The translations under genes and the position numbers were made by a program. Of a stretch of 42,058 nucleotides of DNA, positions 31,995 to 40,434 are shown in pieces. This DNA comes from Candidatus Tayloriibacteriota bacterium. GTDB taxonomy: Bacteria; Patescibacteriota; Minisyncoccia; Phycocordibacterales; PALSA-1337. The notes beneath the pieces are model-generated. The model saw nothing but the letters and a program-made list of their open reading frames with translations. It did not search any database and was not told where the DNA came from. Each line of letters opens with the position of its first letter. Positions within the stretch are counted from its first letter, which is position 1. Where the stretch lies: assembly GCA_031384385.1 (NCBI GenBank), contig JANNAN010000008.1, positions 1 to 42,058 on the forward strand, in the 5' to 3' direction.

Positions 31995-32033
31995 ATTGAT
32001 ATAATAACGTTTTTTATGTATTATTAAAAGCCT

Positions 32034-32198
32034 ATGAAATCAATTTGTCCAGAATGTAAAAATGATATAGACCTTTCAAGGTATCCATCAATAAAGATAG
32101 GAATGGTAATAGAATGCAATTATTGTGGTATCACCTTGCTTATAAAGAATGTGGAAGATAATTTAGTTTCTACTGAAATCGTTGATGAAGGGAAATAA
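32034..32198 (+). CDS. LysW-like zinc-ribbon small protein (54 aa; below the ORF-track cutoff)
   Basis: MKSICPECKNDID...IECNYCGITL...EIVDEGK*; two CxxC motifs and an acidic tail. Confidence 0.7.
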   Translation: MKSICPECKNDIDLSRYPSIKIGMVIECNYCGITLLIKNVEDNLVSTEIVDEGK

Positions 32199-33575
32199 TT
32201 AACTCATCTTTTTAATCGTCTCTTCTATCATTCCTCTAAAACCATGAGAACCAAGAAATACGATTATGTCGTTATTTTTTGTATTTTGAATTAAATATTC
32301 TATCAGTTCATTATCATCTGGAATATATAAAGTATCTGAATGAGTTTTTGAAATTATAGAAGCAAGTTCATTGCCTTCCATTGGTATTACTGTATCTTCT
32401 GATATTTTTAATTTTGTAAGTCTTGGAATAATTACAGTATCTGAATTTTTGAAGGAATTATCATATTTAGTATTTGATTCACGATTTCTTCCGCCAATAT
32501 TTGGTTCAAAAATCGCAGTTATTTTCCCATTATAAATTGTTCTTATATTTTCAAGAACCGAAGACGCTTTTTCTGGTGAATGAGCAATATCATCAAAGAC
32601 TGTAATTCTTTTTATATTATCTTTAATATCTAATCTTTTTTCCAATCTTCTTTTTAATCCTTTAAACTCTAAAATTGCCTTTATGATTATTTCATCTTTA
32701 ATGCCAAGTTCTTTTGCCATAGCGAAACAGCCAGTAATATTTTCAGCTTGAAAAGCTCCAATCATTGGTGAATGAATATCTATTCCATTTATTTTAAATT
32801 TCAAGCCATTTTCGGTTTGTTCTATATTAGAATAAATATAGTCAGCATCTTTTTTCCCGTACCAAATTGCCTTTTTAACTAATTCATGAACCTTTGCATT
32901 ATCTTTATTCGCCACAATTAATCCTGATGTAGGAATTTTTGAAATTAAATCTTTGAAAGCATTAAAATAACTTTCTTCTGTAGGGTATAAATCTGCATGA
33001 TCCCAAGAAATTGCACTTAATAAAAGATGTGTAGGTTTGTAGTATACAAATTTTGGTGTATTGTCTGTTGGTGAACTTTTGTATTCATCTCCTTCAAAAA
33101 TACTGTACTTACTATCTGTAAGTTTTGCTGATGCAGAATGTGAAAGGGAAACACCGCCAAACATATAAGTCGGATCTAATCCTGCCTTTTCTAAAATAAA
33201 TGACAGAAGAGCGGATGAAGAAGTTTTACCCCAAGTTCCTGTGGCAACGATAGAATATTCTTTTACAAAGAATTTACCAATGGCTTCGGCGAATGAATAT
33301 ATTGGAATATTTTTTTCTTTTATATAAAAAGTTTCAGGATTCAATGTTCCCGAAGCTGTACCGATAACTACTATGTCTGGGCTACCTACATTTTCTGGGT
33401 GCCAACCAGCATAAAAAGAAATATTATGTTTCTCTAATTCTGCAGAAACTGGCGGAAAAAAGCCTTTGTCTGAACCAGTAACTTTCCAGCCTTTATCATG
33501 AAAAGCAATAGCTAGGGCACTAGTAGCCACGCCACAGATACCGATTATGTGAATGTGTTTAGGTGTTGGGTTCAT
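32199..33575 (-). CDS. Mpl/MurC-family Mur ligase (Mpl-like)
   Basis: IHIIGICG, GSD..FPP.S, GTWGKT, EGDEY, DHAD, DDIAHSP, FEP. Confidence 0.85.
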   Translation of the reverse strand: MNPTPKHIHIIGICGVATSALAIAFHDKGWKVTGSDKGFFPPVSAELEKHNISFYAGWHPENVGSPDIVVIGTASGTLNPETFYIKEKNIPIYSFAEAIGKFFVKEYSIVATGTWGKTSSSALLSFILEKAGLDPTYMFGGVSLSHSASAKLTDSKYSIFEGDEYKSSPTDNTPKFVYYKPTHLLLSAISWDHADLYPTEESYFNAFKDLISKIPTSGLIVANKDNAKVHELVKKAIWYGKKDADYIYSNIEQTENGLKFKINGIDIHSPMIGAFQAENITGCFAMAKELGIKDEIIIKAILEFKGLKRRLEKRLDIKDNIKRITVFDDIAHSPEKASSVLENIRTIYNGKITAIFEPNIGGRNRESNTKYDNSFKNSDTVIIPRLTKLKISEDTVIPMEGNELASIISKTHSDTLYIPDDNELIEYLIQNTKNNDIIVFLGSHGFRGMIEETIKKMS

Positions 33576-33611
33576 TGGATTATTATACTGTAATGGAGAT
33601 TTAGGGCTCTA

Positions 33612-33640
33612 TTGACAAAGTGGTTATTTAGGTGCATACT
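33612..33640 (+). promoter_or_regulatory. Promoter for the DGR target gene
   Basis: TTGACA-N17-CATACT, about 200 nt upstream of the start codon. Confidence 0.5.
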
Positions 33641-33845
33641 ACTAGCAGTTTAAAGATTAGATCTTTGATACTAATTTGCAATTCGCTACAGCAGAAAGTG
33701 CCTTATAATTTAAGGAATTCTCTGCTGTGGCGAAGTCGTGTGACCAAGCCAGTCCTACCTAGGACAACAGTAAACCAAAAACTATCCGATTCAGAGCTTC
33801 CACCAAATATGTGTGGAGTGCAATGAGGAGGGAGAAAGGAATACA

Positions 33846-34544
33846 ATGAAAAAGTTAGATTGGAAAGGTGTTGGGCAGTTTTTTGCTGTCCTCATAAACC
33901 TCATCACCATCATCACGACTACCCTGAAAAAAGCTGCTGTCAGTATCGAGATCCTCGACTGGCTGACTGGCGCAGGGAAGTCGGAGTTTGTCGCTGCGCT
34001 CGAAAAGCTCGGCGAGTCCTACAAGAAATCTGTTCCTGAGCCTCTGCCGGTCAAGGCGAAAACGGGTGAGTCGTATGTGATACATTCCGCAAGGGTGAAT
34101 CTCTCTGCTCAACCGAAATTGCCTTTCAGCGGCGCGACCGTTGAGTCCAACACGGGAGGCGGCATGGACGTCTTGATCGAGATGAAATCGGATGGTCATC
34201 TGTATGTGGACGGAAAGAAAATCGTCCTCCATCTCGAACAAGGTCATCGCACAGGTTCAATGCATGGCCACAAGCTCCGCGAGGCGCTTAGAGGCAAGTC
34301 GGTCATGAATGCGGCTCTGCTGGATTTCCTCAAAGAAAACCCGCAGTTCATTCCGAACTATTGGAAGGTTGATGAAAAGGGCAATACCCGTTACATCTAC
34401 TTCTGGAGAACGGTTTTCCGCAGCTCCGATGGCAGCCTCTATGTCCGTTGCCTCTACTGGAACGATGGCAAGTGGATCGCGGACTACCGCTGGCTCGGTG
34501 ATGACTGGAGCTTCTTCGACCCGGCTGCGGTGTCCGCAAGTTAG
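33846..34544 (+). CDS. DGR target protein with C-terminal variable region
   Basis: ATG 33846 follows GGAGAAAGGA; the 3' end contains the VR; visibly GC-richer than its neighbours. Confidence 0.9.
   Translation: MKKLDWKGVGQFFAVLINLITIITTTLKKAAVSIEILDWLTGAGKSEFVAALEKLGESYKKSVPEPLPVKAKTGESYVIHSARVNLSAQPKLPFSGATVESNTGGGMDVLIEMKSDGHLYVDGKKIVLHLEQGHRTGSMHGHKLREALRGKSVMNAALLDFLKENPQFIPNYWKVDEKGNTRYIYFWRTVFRSSDGSLYVRCLYWNDGKWIADYRWLGDDWSFFDPAAVSAS
34418..34539 (+). repeat. DGR variable repeat (VR)
   Basis: 122-bp ungapped match to 34922-35043 with 14 mismatches, 13 of them opposite TR adenines. Confidence 0.96.
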
Positions 34545-34642
34545 CACTTAGGGCTCGGTTACTGTGTTCTGTGGCTTCTAGACACTTTGACCTTTGCTCT
34601 CGCGATACGAAAACGCTTTGAAGGGCGTTCGATAAAATCTTC

Positions 34643-34672
34643 AAACCCCGTTGCATCTGCGCGGGGTTTTAT
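34643..34672 (+). terminator. Hairpin downstream of VR (terminator and/or DGR homing hairpin)
   Basis: aaaccccg...cggggtttt; a second small hairpin lies at about 34611-34629. Confidence 0.65.
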
Positions 34673-34921
34673 TATTTATATATGCTAGAATTGTCCGCGG
34701 TAGTAGGTGAATATGCGAGCGACTACGGTTGCTCGCTACCGAATCCAGTATCCATACATCGAGAATATCTCCGACTAAGGTTTGGGGTAGAGTGGTGTAT
34801 TTCGAACTTCATCAAAAAATGAATATACTTGGTACGAAACGCTATAGTATTACGATACCAAATACGATACAACTCCGAGAGTATTCAAGGGGTGGTGGCA
34901 TGGAAGGCGTTTCGTATAATA

Positions 34922-35043
34922 CCGCAACTCCGATGGCAACCTCTATGTCCGTTACCTCTACTGGAACGATGGCAAGTGGATCACGAACTACAACTGGCTC
35001 GATAATGACTGGAACTCCAACAACCCGGCTGCGGTGTCCGCAA
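34922..35043 (+). ncRNA. DGR template repeat (TR)
   Basis: AAC-rich copy of VR; in the VR frame it reads RNSDGNLYVRYLYWNDGKWITNYNWLDNDWNSNNPAAVSA. Confidence 0.96.
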
Positions 35044-35079
35044 TTTTCTTCATTTCTCTCCCACAAAAACGGGAGAGTT

Positions 35080-35481
35080 TTATTTTTCTATTTGTTTATT
35101 TACTTGCCCATACCAACCACCAAGCATTTTACCTATTTCATGTAATAGGGCAGAAATAGTAATGTATTTTTTATTATCTAATCCTTTTGATTCCCATAAA
35201 ACTAATAAAAGTATTTTTAATGTATCTAATTTTCGTATAGCAACTTTTATATATGGTAATTTTTCTGATCTTGATGAAAAGGCCGCTGAAGAAATCATTT
35301 CAATTATCTCTATAAATATATTATCAATTTTATTACCCAGAGAGTATTTTTGCGACTTCTGAATTTTTTCATGATATTCATGCCATAACTTGTATACAAT
35401 TTTTACTCTATCTAGCACTGGTAAAATCGTTGGGGGGGGGAGGGTAACATTTGAGGAATGAGCAGAATTAAATTTATTCAT
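35080..35481 (-). CDS. avd: Avd-like accessory protein (four-helix bundle)
   Basis: LPV...Y.LW, KYSLG.KI, LD.LK.LL, EIGKMLGGW; lies between TR and RT; ATG 35481 preferred as start. Confidence 0.85.
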   Translation of the reverse strand: MNKFNSAHSSNVTLPPPTILPVLDRVKIVYKLWHEYHEKIQKSQKYSLGNKIDNIFIEIIEMISSAAFSSRSEKLPYIKVAIRKLDTLKILLLVLWESKGLDNKKYITISALLHEIGKMLGGWYGQVNKQIEK

Positions 35482-36459
35482 GCGTACGATGATATCATTT
35501 CTATAGAAAATTTGCTCGAAGCATGGCATGAATTTATTTTAGGCAAAAAGAACAGAAAAGATGTTCAGCTGTTCCAGCTTCATCTAATGGATAATATTAT
35601 TGATTTACACAAAGAATTAAAAAATAAGACATATATTCATCATGGTTACAAAGCTTTTAAAATTTCAGATCCCAAACCTAGAAACATTCACAAGGCCAGT
35701 GTTAGAGATAGGCTACTTCACCATGCCATTTATCGTATGTTATATCCATTTTTCGATAGGACATTTATAGCCGATTCTTATTCTTGTCGTATGCGAAAGG
35801 GCACACATAAGGCCATGGATAGATTTAATATCTTTACTAAAAAACTTTCAAAAAATCATACGAAAACGGCATGGGTTCTCAAATGTGATATTAAAAAGTT
35901 TTTTGATTCAATTGACCATGCTGTTTTAAGAGAAATTTTATCAAAGTATATTTTAGATCAGAATATTTTAAATCTTTTGTCCGGGATAATCGGTAGTTTT
36001 GAATCAAAAATAGATAGTACTGGTGTTGGTTTACCACTAGGCAATCTCACATCACAATTATTTGTAAATATTTACATGAATGAATTCGATCAATTTATGA
36101 AGCATAAAATTAAGGCTAAATATTATATAAGATACGCAGATGATTTTGTGATTATGGATAATAATAAAGATTATTTAATTAAATTACTCCCTAAGATTAA
36201 TGATTTTTTAAATGATAAGTTAAAACTTACGCTTCATCATGGTAAGGTCTTTATAAAAACAGTTAATTCGGGTGTTGATTTTCTTGGCTGGATTCATTTT
36301 ACTGATCATAGAGTATTAAGAACTTCAACAAAAAGAAGAATGTTTAGAAATTTAAAGTCTAAAAAGCCTCAAGAAGCCACTGTTCAATCATATCTAGGCT
36401 TATTTAAACATGGGAATGCAAAAGAGTTGGGGAATAAAATAAGGGGACTTTATTTATAA
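35458..36459 (+). CDS. DGR reverse transcriptase
   Basis: PKPR.I, RDRLLHHA, SYSCR..KGTH.A, KCDIKKFF, GLPLGNLTSQLF.NIY, RYADDF, GVDFLG. Confidence 0.96.
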   Translation: MSRIKFIHAYDDIISIENLLEAWHEFILGKKNRKDVQLFQLHLMDNIIDLHKELKNKTYIHHGYKAFKISDPKPRNIHKASVRDRLLHHAIYRMLYPFFDRTFIADSYSCRMRKGTHKAMDRFNIFTKKLSKNHTKTAWVLKCDIKKFFDSIDHAVLREILSKYILDQNILNLLSGIIGSFESKIDSTGVGLPLGNLTSQLFVNIYMNEFDQFMKHKIKAKYYIRYADDFVIMDNNKDYLIKLLPKINDFLNDKLKLTLHHGKVFIKTVNSGVDFLGWIHFTDHRVLRTSTKRRMFRNLKSKKPQEATVQSYLGLFKHGNAKELGNKIRGLYL

Positions 36460-36483
36460 TTAGATTTAATATATTATTTGTAT

Positions 36484-36654
36484 ATGAAAAATTTAAAATC
36501 TAATAAAAAGAGAAAAAATAAAATTCCTGTATCATATTATCCATCTGAATATCTGAAAAAAACTATTGCTGAGTCAGAAAGAGAATACGCTGAGGGTAAA
36601 ACAAAGTCTTATTCTAGCGTGGAAGAATTAATTAAGGCCTTGAACTCGAATTAA
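36484..36654 (+). CDS. Small protein resembling the C-terminal part of RelB/DinJ-type antitoxins (56 aa)
   Basis: ...PSEYLKKTIAESEREYAEGKTKSYSSVEELIKALNSN*; TATTAT lies 6 nt before the ATG. Confidence 0.55.
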   Translation: MKNLKSNKKRKNKIPVSYYPSEYLKKTIAESEREYAEGKTKSYSSVEELIKALNSN

Positions 36655-37289
36655 ACTGCTTTCCCCAAAATCTCCTTAACCTCCTCCAAATCCTCTGACC
36701 AATTTTCTCCGTCAAACCACTCTATTCCAGAAAATTGTAATTTATAAGTATCACTAGGTCTTTGAAGAGATCCAAGATAAACATATTTTAATCCAAGCGT
36801 CTTTGCTTCTAGAATTGCCTTTATCATCATTATCATTCCCATATTTTTGGGTGTAGTTTCTAAATTATAAAAAGGATAGCAATAATGCATCATTGAATTA
36901 TTTTTATAACAAATAGTATAACCAAATCCTGAATATGAAAGTAGGGAATTGAAATTATGATTTGTTGTTAGTATTTCTTTAATTTTATTTGCTGAAAATG
37001 CATGATCTGTTTTTTCATCATAAAAATTCTTAGCCATTTTACCGATTTCCCAAGTATATGCTGAATAGGGAATTGAATGTTCTTCAAATATTACTTTTTC
37101 ACCTTTCTTTAGAATTCTGCGATTTTCACTTGAAATTTCAAATTTACCTAAATCAATTCGTATACTTCTAGTTTGTTGCATTATTCCTTTTTCTAAGCGT
37201 GTAAAAACAAAACCATTATCATACATTTTGGTAATGATTTCAGGAGAATCATTTTCTATTTTTTCCTCTTTCCAATTTAAGTATTTCAT
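36651..37289 (-). CDS. Aminoacyl-tRNA-protein transferase-like protein (ATE1/Bpt-like GNAT fold)
   Basis: SIRIDL..F..S...RRIL, Y.FY......MG..M....I..AK.LGLKYVYLG, YK.QF..IEWFDG..W. Confidence 0.7.
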   Translation of the reverse strand: MKYLNWKEEKIENDSPEIITKMYDNGFVFTRLEKGIMQQTRSIRIDLGKFEISSENRRILKKGEKVIFEEHSIPYSAYTWEIGKMAKNFYDEKTDHAFSANKIKEILTTNHNFNSLLSYSGFGYTICYKNNSMMHYCYPFYNLETTPKNMGMIMMIKAILEAKTLGLKYVYLGSLQRPSDTYKLQFSGIEWFDGENWSEDLEEVKEILGKAV

Positions 37290-37309
37290 TGCTTACAAAC
37301 TTTTATTAA

Positions 37310-38437
37310 TTAATGCAATGCCAACCAAATTCCGAAAACAACGAAAATAAAATGAACTATCCAAAAACGCATGATAGTCTTTTCTTCACTCCAACCTTTT
37401 ATTTCAAAGTGATGATGAATTGGTGCCATTTTGAAAATTCTACGATTAAAAATATGACGACCTGCAAGCTGAATAACTACTGTTATTGCTTCAATATAAA
37501 AAAGAAAACCTAATAAGAAAATAGAGCCGATTTCTCCAATAGTAATGGTATTGACCGCAAATAATGCACCAAGTCCAAGAGAACCCACATCACCCATCAT
37601 TATTCTTGCGGGTTTAATATTGAAATAAGTATAGGCGACCAATGCACCGACCACCGTAGCATTTAATATGGCAATTTCACTAAAGCCATTAATCCAACTG
37701 AGAATCATTAAGGCACTGAAAGATGTAATAAGCATTCCTCCAGCAAGACCGTCCATTCCATCGGCAATGTTAACGGCATTAGCGGTAAACATGACAATTA
37801 AAATAATAATAGGAATAATGAACCAGCCAGCGTAGATATCATAATTAAAAGGTAAATAGATATAATGCCAAGCTGGACCTAATTTTTCATAAATCCACCA
37901 CGCAGTAATAGAACCAGCCGCAAATTGTAAAAGAAGTTTCTCATGAACATGAATTCCTCTGCTAGTTTTTGAACCAATCCATACAGAAGTTCTTTTAAAC
38001 ATTGACCATGGAAGAGTTATGGTATACCAGATTCTCATTTTTAAATCCTTATGAACTTTTATAAGCGTTAAAATTTGAGAAATTTTTCTTGAGCGTCTTT
38101 CTGAGCCAAAAATATTTAATAAATCATCAATTCCTCCAAGTAGAGCAGAAAGAATCATTACTCCAATCGGCACCCAAGTATAACTTCTTGACCAATTAAA
38201 AATTATTGTTAGAAAAGCTACGGTTATTATAACCAGTAGACCTCCCATAACTGGAGTTTGATCCTTTCCTTTTCTAGAGCCTATATTTTCTAATTCTTTC
38301 TTTGATCCTTTTATGATATTAAATTTGTAGAGAAATTTAATTAGAAATGGTGACCATAAAAAGGCTGTAATACAAGATAAAATAACAAAACCTAATATAT
38401 AGGATAGATCCCCAGTTCCTTCTAATATACTTATCAT
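37310..38437 (-). CDS. mraY: Phospho-N-acetylmuramoyl-pentapeptide transferase
   Basis: TPVMGG, GGIDD, NAVNIADGMDGL, MGDVGSL, MAPIHHHFE..GWSE. Confidence 0.92.
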   Translation of the reverse strand: MISILEGTGDLSYILGFVILSCITAFLWSPFLIKFLYKFNIIKGSKKELENIGSRKGKDQTPVMGGLLVIITVAFLTIIFNWSRSYTWVPIGVMILSALLGGIDDLLNIFGSERRSRKISQILTLIKVHKDLKMRIWYTITLPWSMFKRTSVWIGSKTSRGIHVHEKLLLQFAAGSITAWWIYEKLGPAWHYIYLPFNYDIYAGWFIIPIIILIVMFTANAVNIADGMDGLAGGMLITSFSALMILSWINGFSEIAILNATVVGALVAYTYFNIKPARIMMGDVGSLGLGALFAVNTITIGEIGSIFLLGFLFYIEAITVVIQLAGRHIFNRRIFKMAPIHHHFEIKGWSEEKTIMRFWIVHFIFVVFGIWLALH

Positions 38438-38480
38438 GCTAAATATATTAGCATAATATACTCAATATTTCTAGCTAAAA

Positions 38481-39206
38481 TTAGTTCAATCTACGAATTT
38501 CTGTAACTGATTTATTTGCCTTAGCTAGAGTATAGTTTTCATTATTAATCATATTATTTTCGATCCATTTTTGTTCTAGAATATTTTTATTTATATCAAG
38601 GATTTCTATTTTTCCTTCATGTATTCCGTGTCCGTATTCTCCATCAGTTGGCCAAGCAATGGCATGCACATAATGAATTGTTGTAGGAATAAAGTTCTGA
38701 TATTCGATTTGGTGAATTACTAAAATATGATCCCGTTCATTATTGATTATTGTTATAAAATCTCCAGGCTGTATTTCTGAAATGGGAATGGTATTGCTAT
38801 TTTTATTATGAGCCAATGTTTTTACATCAGTATTTTCAACTTGTCTGATTTTTGCTTTTATTTTTTGTATGAATCCTTTATCAAAATATAAATTTTTCTT
38901 TGCTAAATCTAAAACATAGTAAGTAAATCCAGAACAATCAATTCCAATATTATTATCCACAAGAAATTTCTTCAAACTTTCTGAAGTGAAAGATTCTAAA
39001 TCAATTTTTTGTTCAAAAGTCTTTTGTCTTAATTCTTCAAAAATATCTTTTGGACTTCCTTTTCCAATTTCAGCACGAAGTCCGGCTCTACGGGCTGTTG
39101 TTTTATTGTTGAAATAGGGAATTGAACAAATAGCATTTCCAATTTTGAAATTTTTATATTGATCAATTATATTTAGAGCCGATTCCGAAAGTATTTTTGT
39201 ATTCAT
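38481..39206 (-). CDS. NlpC/P60-like cysteine peptidase/amidase
   Basis: GIDCSGF, QPGDFI, DHILV, YVHA (Cys-His-His pattern). Confidence 0.6.
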   Translation of the reverse strand: MNTKILSESALNIIDQYKNFKIGNAICSIPYFNNKTTARRAGLRAEIGKGSPKDIFEELRQKTFEQKIDLESFTSESLKKFLVDNNIGIDCSGFTYYVLDLAKKNLYFDKGFIQKIKAKIRQVENTDVKTLAHNKNSNTIPISEIQPGDFITIINNERDHILVIHQIEYQNFIPTTIHYVHAIAWPTDGEYGHGIHEGKIEILDINKNILEQKWIENNMINNENYTLAKANKSVTEIRRLN

Positions 39207-39207
39207 T

Positions 39208-40407
39208 TTATTGAAATAAAGCTTCAATTATTTCTTTACCTCTATCATTAAATTTATTATGAGCTTCCATTATACCTCGCATTGATTGAATTCTAAGAAT
39301 ATCAGAATTTAATTTTATATTATCATATTTTATTATATTGTATCCTGATTCAGTTAATTTTTTAATATTAATCTTGCCTAATTTAGAAGTAAGTCTTTGT
39401 AATATTTGAGCGCTGTCATTTATTGGAATTAGTAAAGATGAAATAGGTAATTTTTGGAGGGCATTGAGATGTGCTTCAAAAGTAGTAATTCCAACTACAC
39501 CTTTTAAATTTAGAACTGTTTGAAGCTCTGATTCAAAAGTTGTAGATGCTGGCTGGCGAGCATTTATTTCAATAAGATGCATCGTATCTCTTTCATAATC
39601 ATAAATAATATCAATACCAAAAAGTCCAAGCCAGTCTTCTTTCTGCATTTTTTTAGCAATTTTTTGAGAGATTTCTTCGAATTGCTTTATGTGAGTTTCA
39701 TTTAAAATAGTATGAGTAACACCCCAATCATTTCCAATTGTACTAAAAGCATTTTCTGTAAATGGAAGCATTCCTGTTATTTGATAACTGATATTTCCAA
39801 GTAAAATAATTGTTTTAGTTACAATAATATTGGCTGTAAACATTGGGCCTTTTATAAAATCAGTGATACGAGCTTCACGATTTGGAAATTTTTCTTTTAT
39901 TAAATTTAAATCTTTTTCATTTTGAATAAGTAATGTTCCATCTCCAGTATGACCATGTGACCATTGAAGTATGAAGACTTTTTTATCCCATTTAATATCT
40001 TTTACTAATAAAACTTTATGAGTAGGTAAAAGAGACGCCAAATCTCCAAGCCAGTTTACTTGAGAAATTTTATTTTCAATTTTTTCTGCCAATTCTGCGC
40101 TTGGATTCAAAAGTTTCCAATTTTTTTCTTTGCAAATATTTTCAATTTGAATTGTATTTTTAAATACTAAAATTTGTGCATTTAATTTATTAATTAATTT
40201 TTCAGTTTCTGATAAATTCAAAAGTTCATGAGTATCAAGTATTTCTGGAGAATCAATCAAAATAATATTATTAGGATAAAGGAGCTTTATCTCCTTTGAA
40301 TAAGAACTAGAATTCGTAATTATAAAATAATTATCTTTGGGTACTTTTCCCAAAGCTCTTTCAATATCTCTTGCTATATATAGTATATTCTTTGAATTAC
40401 TTGCCAT
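39208..40407 (-). CDS. ATP-grasp domain ligase
   Basis: ENKISQ, GHTGDGT, G.FGID, LIEINAR; ATG 40407 preferred as start. Confidence 0.75.
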   Translation of the reverse strand: MASNSKNILYIARDIERALGKVPKDNYFIITNSSSYSKEIKLLYPNNIILIDSPEILDTHELLNLSETEKLINKLNAQILVFKNTIQIENICKEKNWKLLNPSAELAEKIENKISQVNWLGDLASLLPTHKVLLVKDIKWDKKVFILQWSHGHTGDGTLLIQNEKDLNLIKEKFPNREARITDFIKGPMFTANIIVTKTIILLGNISYQITGMLPFTENAFSTIGNDWGVTHTILNETHIKQFEEISQKIAKKMQKEDWLGLFGIDIIYDYERDTMHLIEINARQPASTTFESELQTVLNLKGVVGITTFEAHLNALQKLPISSLLIPINDSAQILQRLTSKLGKINIKKLTESGYNIIKYDNIKLNSDILRIQSMRGIMEAHNKFNDRGKEIIEALFQ

Positions 40408-40434
40408 ATATATAGTGTAGTATATTATAACCAT

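Larger units (their letters stand above)
33846..36459 (+). mobile_element. Diversity-generating retroelement (target-VR, TR, avd, RT)
   Basis: All four components lie within 2.6 kb, with adenine-specific TR/VR mismatches. Confidence 0.96.

Noticed and set aside
31119-32198. Canonical LysW lysine/arginine biosynthesis or a thrC operon
   Set aside because: No lysZ/Y/J/K, hom or thrB in the window, and the small protein lacks the terminal EDWGE.
33855-34656. Alternative-frame and antisense ORFs over the DGR target
   Set aside because: Expected by-products of higher GC content; only the 33846 frame places TR adenines at codon positions 1-2.
34729-35145. 138-aa ORF as a second target gene
   Set aside because: It spans TR in the non-VR frame, starts at TTG and overlaps avd; TR is better explained as non-coding template.
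35458-36459. RT as a group II intron or retron enzyme
   Set aside because: No maturase/endonuclease extension or retron VTG motif; LGNLTSQ plus TR/VR and Avd identify a DGR.
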